64,000 nucleotides of DNA, from NCBI RefSeq assembly GCF_037042905.1, contig NC_087245.1, positions 40,798,001 through 40,862,000 of the forward strand, written 5' to 3'. Below the pieces are notes generated by a model. It worked only from the letters and a program-made list of their open reading frames with translations. It was not told the origin of the DNA and did no database searches. Position numbers and translations under genes: made by a program. Shown here piece after piece: positions 27,453 through 40,300 of the stretch. The DNA is from Lytechinus pictus. Lineage: Eukaryota. How positions within the stretch are numbered: position 1 is the stretch's first letter; every line of letters begins with the position of its first letter.

Positions 27453-27585
27453 GTAACTGTAAGTCACATATTGAAATACACTAAGAAAATCAAGTCATTC
27501 ATACTTCATACATAGGCCCTCTTTCAAATAAAGGTTTAATCAATTGCATGTCACAATCTCCTACTAAAATGCCGAAATACTCCTG

Positions 27586-27876
27586 GGGCCCGTAACACAA
27601 AGCTTAGCAATGATCGTAGAATAAGTTTCCACGATTGATTCCATTGAATACAATGTTTCAATCAATCGTGAAAATCAAGCGTACGATCAATCGCTAACCT
27701 TTGTGTTACGGAACCCTGGTGGGTGTTTCATAAAGCTGTTCGTATAGTTACGCACAACTGGAACATTTTCTTTGGTCATAACTCAATTATACAGGGATAT
27801 CTTTTAGCACAAGAATGGATCACCAGTCGTGCGTAAAGTCATTCGTATCTTACGAACAGCTTTATGAAACACCCAC
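27586..27876. mobile_element. Two abutting Harbinger-like MITEs (A 27586-27715, B 27719-27876)
   Basis: A: gggcccgtaacacaaag / ctttgtgttacggaacc; B: gtgggtgtttcataaagctgttcgta / tacgaacagctttatgaaacacccac; CTG at all three junctions. Confidence 0.85.
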
Positions 27877-28564
27877 CTGAAATGGTGCAATATGATTGGC
27901 TAAGAATAAGAGAGTCAGAATTCTGGCACTTGTGAAAATGTCCAGACTTCTGAAAAAGCAAACATACATGTATAATTTCAAGTGTTTGTGGGTCATATTC
28001 TCATTGACATTTCTGGGAAATTTTCATTGGCATCTATAACAATATTGACTTCAATCTTGCCAGTGCTCAATGGGAACCTAGTCAAATTGACTACTAGTGG
28101 TATGAAAGTCAAAATTGACCCGAGTCACTCGACTTCTGGTGTATTGCAGAATATGAATATATTTTTTTGAATGGCGAAAAACGTACGGAAGTAACTCTCA
28201 ATTATATATCAGAAGTGACTCTCCAAAACTTACTTGGTACTTAGTTTGAGGTCATTACATTTAAAGATTTAAATTTATCACAAAGCTGTACACTCTATAA
28301 GCACATTTTACAATGCGCTATGCATGTATTTTCAGTCGCATTTGGCTTTGTAGTAGTCTACACTAGCCAGTGAGCATTTGGTCTCCCTCGAAATATAGAT
28401 AATAGAAGCTCTCTAGAATCATCACCGGTGTAGTGACCAAACATTGAGAGAAATAATTATCATCACGTCCAAATAACCAATCATCATATCTGCATACAGC
28501 AAATCAAGCTCATTTTCAGATTAAAAAAAAAAGGTTTTTGTTAGAAACTAATATCTAATCATAT

Positions 28565-28785
28565 GAGGCATTGCAAGAAACTTGCGATCAATTGCAAGTC
28601 TATTTTTGGTCCCTAAATCAATCATATGTCTTGCAATTAATTACAAATCAATGACTGATTGCTAATCTGCTCCTTGAAACAAGAAGTTCAATCTGATTTG
28701 CTACAGCTAATGTTGATCTATCAATGGTTGAATTGCAACAGAATATTTGCAATTGATCGCAAATATTTTCTTGCAACACCCCCGT
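28565..28785. mobile_element. Harbinger-like MITE
   Basis: ttgcaagaaacttgcgatcaattgcaa / ttgcaattgatcgcaaatattttcttgcaa. Confidence 0.7.
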
Positions 28786-29403
28786 AGATGTACCCCCTAG
28801 AAAAATAAAAATAAAGGTAACCTCCATCATAGATACAAAATATTCATCACAGAATGGTACACAATTCAGAAGCAAGAATCAAATCAAATCAAATCAAATC
28901 AAATGTTAGTGAAATTTAATACACAAGTATTGCAAATAACAACAATAGTTCAACTAATATAATACAAATCATGATGATAAAACAAATTAGCATTTATCAA
29001 AACACATAGCAATACAAAAATAGGACCATTTTGACCTCCATGCAATTCAGAATACTGTGTTTGCCCCATGGAAAAACAAGGCAAAAGCGATTTTTTGTCT
29101 CGCCCACTTATGAAAATAACCAGAAATATTGTGATTTGCGAGGGCACGCAACAGAATTGTATCGAAACTTCATTGTGAAATGACTGGGATGGAATAACAC
29201 TTGTCATAAGAGCCTTGCACTTAAACTTTAACCTGAAAATGGCCTTTGACCTTACCATGTGACCTCCGACTGCAGCATAAGATGCAGGTCCCCCAAGTCC
29301 ATCTACCACGCAAGTTTGGTTGAAAAGTGACTTACGGTTGCAGAGTTAGGTGTCATAAAAAGCTCAAAAGATCCCTGGAAATCCCCATTCACTGTTATAT
29401 CAA

Positions 29404-30014
29404 AGGGATGATCCAGGCTAGAAATATTTATATCTCACTTAATAGAGTAAAATTCAGAGCAAAATGCTGAAAATTTCATCAAAATCGGATAAAAAATCAG
29501 AAAGTTATTGAATTTTAAAGATTTGCATTATTCCGGTGAAACAGTTCTAGACATGTCTTCATGAATATTCATTAGGTGGGCTGGTGATGTCATATCCCCA
29601 CTTGTTCTTTTGTATTTTATTATATGAAATTAGGTTTATAGGTTTATTTAAAACTTTTCTACCAAGAACTAAAACAATGGATTGACAACTGATTAAATGC
29701 ATAAGTTATTTATTGCCGCAACTTTAATTTCATCATAATGGAGACGCACCATTTATACATGTATGAAAAAATGAAACATTTATGATTTCATGTAATAACG
29801 TACGAAAAAGGAAAGTGGGGATGTGACATCATCAGCCCACCTAATGAATATTCATGATGATGTGCATATAACTGTTTTCACAAAATATTGATAAACTTTA
29901 AAATTCAATAACTTCGCTATTTGTTATCCGATTTTGATGAAATTTTCAGCATTTTGCTCTGTGAATTTTATTCTATTAATTTAGCTATAAATATTTTCAG
30001 CCCGGACCATCCCT
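29404..30014. mobile_element. TTAA-type (Kolobok-like) non-autonomous element
   Basis: agggatgatccaggct / agcccggaccatccct|ttaa with long internal IRs (gctgaaaatttcatcaaaatcggat / atccgattttgatgaaattttcagc). Confidence 0.8.
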
Positions 30015-30689
30015 TTAAAGCTTATCAAATGTAGCAGAATTAAGGCAGTATGTTGTGAAAAGTAGCCCCCAAAAGTAAAAAAAAATATGCCTGGTGTGCC
30101 CTCACAAGATCAAAAGATGTATTGTACATTCATCTTGTATGTTTATGTTAGATACATTTTTTTAATCAATCAAATTATTAGAATAAATGGCAAATGGGAG
30201 AGATGTCTTTACTTTTGCCAATTTCTAAAGTCTTAGGCCCGTATTCTGAAGTCAGGTTTAATCTAAACTCTGGCTTTCAGTTGTGGTTTAACTATGGAAA
30301 GCCAGTTGTTACATAAATCTCTAACAGTAGAGGTTCAACGTATCAGCTCATTTTTTTAATATATTTTTTTTACTCTTAAACCAATTACTGACATCATAGC
30401 ATTATTATAATACATTCAATCAAGAAGAGGGTCCCTTTTCACTAAACACATTTAGAACCAGAAGCTAGACATGCAAGAAACATGTGTTTTTGGTCGGTAG
30501 CTTATAACAGATTGCAACTTGCCACTGATGTCATGCTGTGTGAAACAAGGCCCTCTAGTAGGGATGCGAACCTTATAAACAGCATTGCATTCATTCAACT
30601 GACAACATACATCGTTGTAAATCAATTTCAATAGAGCCATTAGACATGGTCCTTTCAAAGATGATATGCAACTGATAATAATAATATGC

Positions 30690-31175
30690 AACAAATATAT
30701 AGCGCTTATTACAATGTTTCTACAAGTGCTGGATACTATTTACCATGGCTTTAGCATGCCTACTCTGATCAAATGCTTCCATTTCCTACACCTGGGTGGA
30801 GGGTGGCAAATAAAGATAAACGTCTTGTCAAAGGACGCGAGTGCTGCGGTGGGATTCCAACCACAAACCTTGTGGTTCGAATCCGGAGAGTAATCCACTG
30901 AGCCACAACACCTCTAACTCTACTAATAGTGCGTGCGATACATCACCTTATCATGATTTTAAAATGGGTTGTTATCCAATACCCATATATAATAATAATA
31001 ATAATAATAGACAGTTCTTGTATAGCGCATAACACATTATAAATAACGTCTCTATGCGCTTCCAAAGGACTTGGATATTATTACCCTGGCTTTAGCCTCG
31101 CAGCCTTTTACAGCCTGGGGCATTTCAAGGAATAAATTCCTGCCAGGTACCCATTCACCTCACCTGGGTTGAGTT
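30690..31175 (-). mobile_element. Two neighbouring tRNA-derived SINE copies (about 30690-30915 and 30990-31175)
   Basis: tRNA-like head, cacctgggt(g/t)gag core and (aat)n...tatagcgc tail. Confidence 0.65.
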
Positions 31176-32030
31176 TAGTTATATACAAGGCATGCATTGC
31201 TAAAAATGATTACGTACATGTACCTCATGAAAGGTAACAGTTTATATAGATAGATAGATAGATCGAAGTGAAGGTTTAAAATTCTACAAAATAATTAATG
31301 TATTACACATTGGATGATTTCCTATTTGGTGTTGACTTTTTGGCGCTAGTGTGGAGCAATCTTTTACATTAGCAAAGCACTAAACTTTAAATGAGGCTGG
31401 TCCTGGGATGAACCTTGCTAGGTGTTGAGCTACCAATAATGTGATTATGGATCATATATGACAACTCAAACTAGATATAGACCTTAGGCATGTGATGTTA
31501 TAATCTCACAGCGCCCTCCCTCAGAGGATATAGGAATACGCATGATCAGAGTTGTCAGAGATGCTCCAGCTACAGATCACCAACGCATGCAAGTAAATGG
31601 CTTCAGCCTCTAAGATGGCGGCGCAGTGATGTCAATACATAAGGCATAATGGAGCTGGGGAAGGTTAACTGAATTAACGCTTCAAACACCAACACCAGAA
31701 AAACACTAAACCCGAAAACACAGAAAGGAACATCATCCACTGAAATCAGGTCGAAGCCCACAGATCCATGAATTAGTCATTTTCACTTTTCAGCCAACTT
31801 TTTCTTCCATGAATTCAGCAATGTCCAAGGGGTGCATTTTCACAATGCAGCTTGTCATTAATTTTCACTGATGAATATGACATCAGCCAATCAGATGTCA
31901 AGATTTCAGTAGCTTAAAACAAGTCTTTATTCAAAATCACAGACAAACTGCTCTGTGGAATGATCCCAGGGAGGCACACTGATCTTTCAAGGAGACACAA
32001 GAAAATTTGCAATCACAGCTCATATCATCA

Positions 32031-32302
32031 GCGGCCCGTCTTACAAAGGGTTACGAATGATCCAATCAATCGTAACTCTATGGAAATCCATTAGTTTCAT
32101 AATTTTTTCTAGATGAAATTTTAAGATGTCCTTTGTAAACAAAGGCGAACACACCAAATTGTCAATAAAACAATGAATGTATGTAATTTACGTCATATCT
32201 AGAAAACATTTTGAACATTCATGCATTTTAGATGTTGACTTTGCTGGCCGTCCATAGTTGTGATTGATCAGATCAATCGCAACTCTTTGTAAGACGGGGC
32301 CC
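32031..32302. mobile_element. Harbinger-like MITE; inverted second copy at about 47270-47541
   Basis: ggcccgtcttacaaag / ctttgtaagacggggcc. Confidence 0.8.
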
Positions 32303-32719
32303 TGATTATACATCATTTCACTTTCAAATTAGAAGACAAAATATATAATGCTTATATGGAAGGTGTTCAAACAAATAAAAAATAAAATCATTTTTTTGTA
32401 CATCAATATACACATTTTTACTAAACTGAACAAAAATTATAATCAGACTGCTCATGAAGCATTTAACATTAAGTTCACTTTCACGTAGTGCAACCACAGC
32501 AGCAAAGTTTCTTGGTGCTTTGGATTCTTATCTGTCATCAAAATCTGGCTTGCCCGCCCACCCTGTTGGGAACCCATTTAACACCTTGGCGTTAGGTTTT
32601 AATACGTGAATAACGGAATACTAACATCGGGAGACGTCGTGGTATAGCATGAAGAACGACAAGGTGCCCTCGACGTGTAAACATCTTGCTGTAACAATTA
32701 CAATTCTCACCTTTCCCAC

Positions 32720-33000
32720 CTAGCCTAGCACCCTTTGGCAAGGCATCATACCACATTTTGCCACTCTCCACCCAGGTGTTAAATGGGTACCCGGTAGGAT
32801 GTGAAAGCATATGTAGTATGCCTAGCAATGGTTGGAATACTCCCCAGGGAGTAGAGAAAGTGCATACATTCTATACAAGCGAGGACCTAACAACCAGCGT
32901 ACAAAGATGTAAACCACTAAGAGATGTAACAGTTGTTGTGAACTTGTGATGTACTTGTTTTAAATGCTATATCAAAAGTGGAATATTGTTATTATTATCT
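32720..33000 (+). mobile_element. SINE remnant
   Basis: ggcaaggca...ctctccacccaggtgttaaatgggtacc core, tactccccagggag motif and tattatt tail. Confidence 0.65.
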
Positions 33001-33076
33001 TCATTTATTACAGAATACAATGTTTCTTTCTTTACTTTGTTAACTGAGAGAACTTGAAGGCAGCGGCAGCCTCATT

Positions 33077-33379
33077 GGACTGTATTCTGAAGTCGGGTTT
33101 AATCTAAACTCGGGTTTAAAGTTGTGGTTTAAGTATGGATAGCCAATTATTACATAAATCACTTACAGTGGAGATATATTTCAACTAATTTGGCTCTCAC
33201 ATCATTCATAATTGTCTAGGAAGTATAAATAGATGATCGTCTTTACCATCAATGAATCAGGAAAGAGCACAATAAATATAAGAAACATGCAACGAAATAC
33301 TTCACACTTTTGGCTTCCCATAATTTTAGCACAGAGTTAGACCATGGTCTAAGTTAAACCTGACTTCAGAATACGGGCC
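33077..33379. mobile_element. Harbinger-like MITE with 3-bp TSD ATT
   Basis: TIR gtattctgaagtcgggtttaa / ttaaacctgacttcagaatac; att flanks; partial copy at about 30236-30350. Confidence 0.85.
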
Positions 33380-33629
33380 ATTGGATTTATGCAGCACTTT
33401 TATCATCACTCACTTTATGAAAAGGGGAGGGAGCAAGAAAGAGAGAGAGAGAAAGGGAAAGAGACTGACTCTATCTTTCTAATGAATATAACTCTAAATC
33501 AGTTATAGTCACAATGTCCAATAAATAATGACGCCCATTACAACTCTACAACAAAACAATCAAACCTGTTACAAAACCCTATACTGTCCCCAAATCCACG
33601 GACCAAGCAAATGTGCTTCACCCACTTCA

Positions 33630-33933
33630 GCGGGTGTTTCATAAAGCTGTTCGTAAGTTAAGAACGACTTTAAGAACGACTGGTGAACCTTTCTTACGCG
33701 CGTAACCATCGCCAATGAATATACCATTTACCACAATAAAGGATTACCAGTCGTTCTTAAAGTCGCTCTTAACTTACGAACAGCTTTATGAAACGGCCCC
33801 CTGGGGCCTATAACACAAAGCTTAGTAATCGTTGTAAAACTTTTTTTTTACAATTGATTATGCTGACTACCACGCATAATCAATCATGATAATCAAGCAT
33901 ACGATTAATCGCTAACCTTTGTGTTACGGAACC
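33630..33933. mobile_element. Two abutting Harbinger-like MITEs (B 33630-33800, A 33804-33933)
   Basis: Same TIR families as at 27.6 kb, in the opposite order and separated by CTG. Confidence 0.85.
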
Positions 33934-34193
33934 CCGGTTATAAGAACAGGCTCAAAGCCTCTTTGAAACAGATTTGATTACACTTGAACATATTACGAAT
34001 GAGAGGGAGAGGGAGAGAGGGTTAGGACACACATGCTAGCTCCAAGGTCAATTCACAGAGATTAAGACGGTTCTCTCCTAACGTGAAGCCCTGTGGGGAA
34101 AAAATGCCTTCAGTGCTCCATGAATCTGACGGCTCTGTTGGAGCGTCGCACCTCTCTCATCGCCTCCTCTTGATACCGACAAACAGCACCATC

Positions 34194-34395
34194 TCAGTCC
34201 ATCTTGAGGTTGATGTAGATGTAACGGATGAAGCGCAGCGAGGCGAAGAACGACACGGTGCCGAGCATCAGGAAGAAGATGTAACAGAAGAGAAGTGTGT
34301 AGCCGAAGAACTCGATGGTCTGCAGCCCTCCGGACATGCTGGAGCGCTTGTTGTAGTAGAAGATAGCATAGAAGAATACAAAACCACCAGTAGAC
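34194..34395 (-). CDS. TM9SF1: TM9SF1 exon 14, last coding exon ([15 protein letters not shown]...[13 protein letters not shown])
   Basis: acag| acceptor, TGA at 34196-34194, C-terminal KxD/E Golgi-retention motif. Confidence 0.96.
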
Positions 34396-37300
34396 CTGTG
34401 ATACCATGAAGATAAAAGGATGGATGATGACTAGATTCAAGTGCCTTTGGACGTGTCACTTACGAATCTGTAGCAATCCTTTCAAACTGCACCAAATCAA
34501 CACAAAGTTATAGCCATAGAGCCTAACTCATAGACAAAGCAAACAGAAAACTTTCAGAACCTCCAGACATAGGCCTAGATGTAGTGCCATCTATCTTGAT
34601 ATAATTTATGCTCATGCAGGGCCTAGCCTGTGGAATTCTCTCCCAGAGTTTGAAAACCCAGACTTCAGTGACCACCTTCAAGGGCAACCTGAAAACATAC
34701 CTGTATAAGAGTGCTCTTTGATAGACATTGACTTATTGTTAAGACATGTATTCTATGTAAATAGTTTTCGTTGTTCTGCTCTGAAGCGCCTTGAGCATCT
34801 AATCAAGATGGAAAGTGCGCTATACAAATCTCATGTATTATTATTATTTCGAGGCACACTATTATTATGACTCATGTTTTAGCTCGAGAGGATTCCAGCG
34901 CTCAGTGCATTCCGCTGCATGGGTCACCCATTTATCTCACCTGGGTTGAGTGCAGCAGGATATGAGTAAATGAATGAATGAACGAATGAATAATGAAATA
35001 AATAAAAGAATACTCACCCTGCGCTGAAGATGGACCTCCACCACCATCTGTAGTCTTCGTTGGACAGCTGGAAGTAGGTGAGGGCGACGGAGATGCACGC
35101 CGTCACGCTCAGGAGGATAGCATACACTACAAACAGAATACCATACAGGGTGTACTGCTCCCGACCCCACAGAGTTGCAAAGATGTAGTAAAGCTCAACG
35201 GATATGGCACTGAGAAAAATAAATATTAAAACAAATAAATATTGACAAAAAGGAAAATAATGTAAGCAATATATGATATGATTTCTGTATATTCTGAGGT
35301 GAAGTTAGTATAAATTAATATACCAAGCATCTATACTATATAGGAAAATAATTATATAGTTTGAAAATAGATCACTTGTAGCCTAATTCATAGCAAATGA
35401 TATGGTTCTCCTTAACAACCTACAATTAAACTATTTGAGAGCTTTCTCGATATACTGAAATGTAATACACAAGAACCATGTCATTAATCATCTTAATAAA
35501 TCCCGAACAAGGCTTGGACTTGAGAAAATCTGGGGGAAGTCGTCGTTATTTACCTGAAAGGCAGGAATCCACCCACAATGCAATGCATGAGCCAGGAGCG
35601 ATACCAGGGCACGGAGGGAATTTCCCTTGCGATGTTTTTCGTTCTGCAAGGAGCATCGAACCCATCGGCCATGTTCTTACCCATAATGCCTCCCATAACG
35701 GTCAAAGGGAATCCAACTGAAAAATAAAAAAGTCAAAGAAGTGGAATAAAATACAGGCATGGGAATGAGAGAAAAAAAGAAATCTTTGTTACACTTAGAC
35801 CGTGAAACCTTTTTTTATACAAGCCTGTCAGATCTTTATTCATAGAGAAATATGCGCTGCAACTGCAACAGCACCAGCTACAACGAAGGTCTGACAAATC
35901 TTGCAGCCTAGCAAGCAAAACTTAACAAATACAAGTAAATTTTTGTGATTGTGTAGAAAGATCATATTTCTCATGTCTACACACAATTCAGATGAACCTT
36001 TTTAGTTATCTTATTCATAAAGATATGATTATTTTGACTTTCATTGGCTGAAATTGATTTATTTTAACTACATATGCTTCCAAAACATTCTGCACTAAAT
36101 TTAGCCCCCAAAAATGAGAGAAAGAGAAAAAAAAGTTTAAACAAGTGGAATGCCTCTGGCGGTCTCACCTGCATCACGCGATTCAATATTATATAGCAGC
36201 AGTGCTGACTTTGAAAACTACTATAACTCGTACAAGATGTTCAGTGATACTTGGTTACTCTTATTTCCACGTTTTATGAACTAGACCAATACACTTACAG
36301 AGATATGATGGTAATTCAACAAATACCTCCAACGTGGCCAAAGTTCATTGACCTTACATGACTTTTGACCATGATCATGTGACCTGAAACATGTCTGCGA
36401 TACATGTCTGTTGAATAAACAATTAAATGAATGAATGAAACAGAACGGGAAAAATACCCACGTACAGACAATATTTTTTTTAACCTTAGGCATCGATACT
36501 TACCACATAACCATATCATAAGTAGTAATTGATATCAAGAGTATGATATATGCATAAATCAGCATAATTAAGTGATATACAGGTAATATTAATTTTTGAA
36601 GCAATACTTACCACATATCCATATCATAAGTAGTAAGAGGACTGTGGTGAATGGTAGGGCCATCGTTGAATCCCAGTACAAAGCTACAGAGTTCACTATA
36701 CTCCAGATAATGAATGATGGAACTGTGAAAAAAAAATTATTTGAAAAAAAAAGTATAGATAATCAGTTACTTGTGATCTCCTTGTTTATAGACACAGTGA
36801 CACGACATTTGCTCATGTGACTATTGCTCCGGGCTTGATTTCGTCTAAGATGAAGGTTAAAGTTTAGGGCTGCAATAAGGTTATATGTTAGGTTTAGGTG
36901 TAGGGTAGTGTATAGTGTTAAATCCAGGGTTGAAGTTGGCTATTCCATTAGTGTGTTAAATTTAGAGTGGAGCAATTGTCGCAGGAGTAAATGTCAACCA
37001 AAGACACAGTCAAATTTATAGGTATTGTAAATGTCAAAAGGAAACATACAGTCTAGATAGGATTGTTAAATATGACATGTTTTGATAAGAAAGAGCATGT
37101 AAGTCTTCAATATCACTGAATATTTTTTGAATGAAAATTATAATTATGATACATTCATTGTGGATTTTACTGTATTTCATTGACAGCACAGGTAATCTAA
37201 CCTAAGCAACTTTTTTTCTAATAAAACATACCTTGCCTATTGTTGACAAGTGTGTGTGCGCCAGAGGTATATTGAACATCTATCTTCTTCTAAGTCCACT

Positions 37301-40300
37301 TGACCGCAAATAAGGCAATTATTAGATAAAATCTGACATATATACATCTACCACTAATTTTAACAAAGCATTTGAGGTTATATTCATTTTCAGGCACTTT
37401 TGGATATTCCTTATGATGGAAAGCACTACTGGTAACTGAGCATATTTTTTTGGCTAATCCTAATTTCCAATTAACATATCCTTTGAATGATCAAGTAAGT
37501 GAATGCCAATGATATTCTGGTTAGATAGTAAACACCTACTAATACCTCGGTCACATTTGCTTTACGGCGACCGTACGGCAAGTCGAAAACAGCCGTTTTA
37601 TTCATTTTTTTTTCAAACCACCTTTATGTAGCTGGTGCAAAAAATGTTAAAACGGCTGTTTTCGACTTGCCGTAGAGCAAATGTGACCGAAGTATTAGCT
37701 ATACAAACCCTTCACTCAAGGAAAGTGACCTGAATATGCAGCCTACGGTCCCTGCCACTGACTTGCGTACAGAAGGCACCTTTCATTCAGGTTGAAACAA
37801 AAAGTTTCAATAGTGCTAGTTTTGTGTGAAGACCCACTTGTTAATAATTAGTTTTAAATCAGGGTCTGTGCCTGTAGACTAGAAAACACCAGGGAAATGT
37901 AATTGATTCAAAGAATGAAATCAAACTTACCTGAGAACATACTAGCTGTTAGAATTAGATTCCAAACCCAGTTCTCTCCTCCTATTTGTTTGTACATATT
38001 ACTCGATGTATAGCCTGATACACCTGTGTAAAAAACAAATTCGAAATCACAACTTCAGGTAATAAACTTGTGAAAGAATATTGTAATATATACATCCACT
38101 GGGAGTATTGTAGTATCATATATGAATATATATATATATGAATATATATATATATAACAAATGCAAATGGGTTTACCTATAGATAGCCCAGATACACAGT
38201 AAACATGAGAAATACACAATATAATGACATTTGGCCATTTTGGCTTCACATATTTACATAGACCATGGCTCATAGTTCATAATAGGGGCTAAGGTATTTA
38301 TGAAACATATGTACATCACTAAAATCATTACTATGAATATCCCCCATCATGCAACACAGAAGAAATGTAATTCTTCACATCGCCCATAAAAAATAGTATT
38401 TGGGGACATAGTAATCAATTTTCGTACATAGACAATTGAGTGTCCAAGATGCCATCTCCCACATAATTGAGGCCAGAAGTTTGAGTGCACCCAGGAAATT
38501 CAAAGAAAAGTTGACACTTGCCAAACATCATAAAATTAACTGTATCTTATAAAATATTTGTGCTATCATGACAAATATGATGTCAAACAAATGAGTATGT
38601 CATGCCCCTTCATCACATTGCTTTGTCGTCAGGAGCTGAAAATATTTAGGTGTCATTTTCCCCCTAAAAATAGAAATTTGACAAAAACATTTCATATTTG
38701 TGCTATTTACTTCTCAACACAAACATTTCAGATTACACCGTTTTGTTCAGTGGTGATAGAAAATGTAATATTCATCATAGATTTGACATTTATGAAACGA
38801 TGTTTGAAAATAAAGTAACAAACAATAGAATACAGTTCGCACGAATATTACTCTTTTTCTTCAAAGAAAATTTCACCTGAAATATACTTAAATCCCAACG
38901 GCATGCAAATCATGTGAAAGAGCTTAATACGCTCTTTCATTTGATACCAAATTCTTCATGGTACAGTATTTAAATTTCTGAAGATGTAGTAAATTTCAAG
39001 CTGTTTGGCAAGCAAACAAATTTCACTGAATTCCATGGTGTACATAAACTTTTGGCCTCAACTGCACATTGTCAACAGATCTTTCAATGTAATTTCATAG
39101 ACAGGGCAATTCCATAGGTTGGTGGACATGAGCTCAATGTGTCTTTGTACTGTATAGCCCATCTGAACTGTAACGTGAGTAACCACTTTATCTGCACCCC
39201 TAGTGAAAACCATGTGTTCTTTTTTTTAATAATTATATACAAATTTGTCTCCCTAATATACTTCTTTGAAATGGATATAATCAACTGTCATAAAAGCCTT
39301 GTATGAGGACACTTTTCACTTATGTCCACTTTTCATTTTATGCATGTCCAAATCATGTAACATGAGTAACCGACACATTTCAAAGGTTTGCCAGGAGCAT
39401 AATGAAATTTCCCAAGTTTTGTTTTTATACAAAGGATAGTCAGACTGCGTACTATGTTGTGATAAAGAGATGTTTAGTTCCTATCAATAATAATGGAGTT
39501 ACAGCTCCAAGTATGAGTCAAGGTGTCTCCAAATGTAACGTGGGTAACCGTGGAATAGACCAGACACACTATAAAACCATTTCATTTTTTGTTATTGTCA
39601 ATGGTTTAAAGAGCATAGTAAATTCAATGACACTTGATCCCTCCTGTTGTTAATTTTCTGGGAAAAAGCATCAACGATGACCTTGCATGATAACTGCACC
39701 TGCTGTTGATAAAATACCAGGTACCTGCAAAAAATATCCAATCCCATGGTTTGTATATTTCTGCATGAAATCTATTAAGCATATGTACTCACCCTAATAA
39801 TATGAACAACAAAACGGGTGTGTATCACACTAACAGTGAATTTTCAACTCCATATTTCACTATTTGCTAAAAGGTCAATTCAAATACTACATTCAAACGA
39901 AATGAAATGGAGCTGGTGTTTGTATTTGGCCAGTTATTGAATCATATCTATATGTAGCTTCCATACTTGCACAGAGACATATACAGAAATAGGGACAAAT
40001 AAACTGGTAAGACCAAGTGGTTTTAAGGTTTTTGAAAAAAGAAGAAAAATTAGTAAATCAAACATAAATTGTCACCGTTTCACAAAACTTCCCGAGATGA
40101 TTTCAAGAGACAGAATCCTTTTTTTAAATGAATGTGTTTAAATACTCTTTTGGAAAAAATGAAAGTATATGATTGAATTCAACTGAATACCATGATAGTA
40201 GAGTATCTTCTAAGGAATTGAGTGAGACTGCTAAAGAACTGCAATTTTGTGACATGACAGACATTTGGCAGTCTATTTTAAATATTTTCTTTAAAGGGGG

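Noticed and set aside
34083..34409. 108-aa plus-strand ORF (MKPCGEKMPSV...)
   Set aside because: Antisense shadow of the GC-rich last TM9SF1 exon; no independent gene signals
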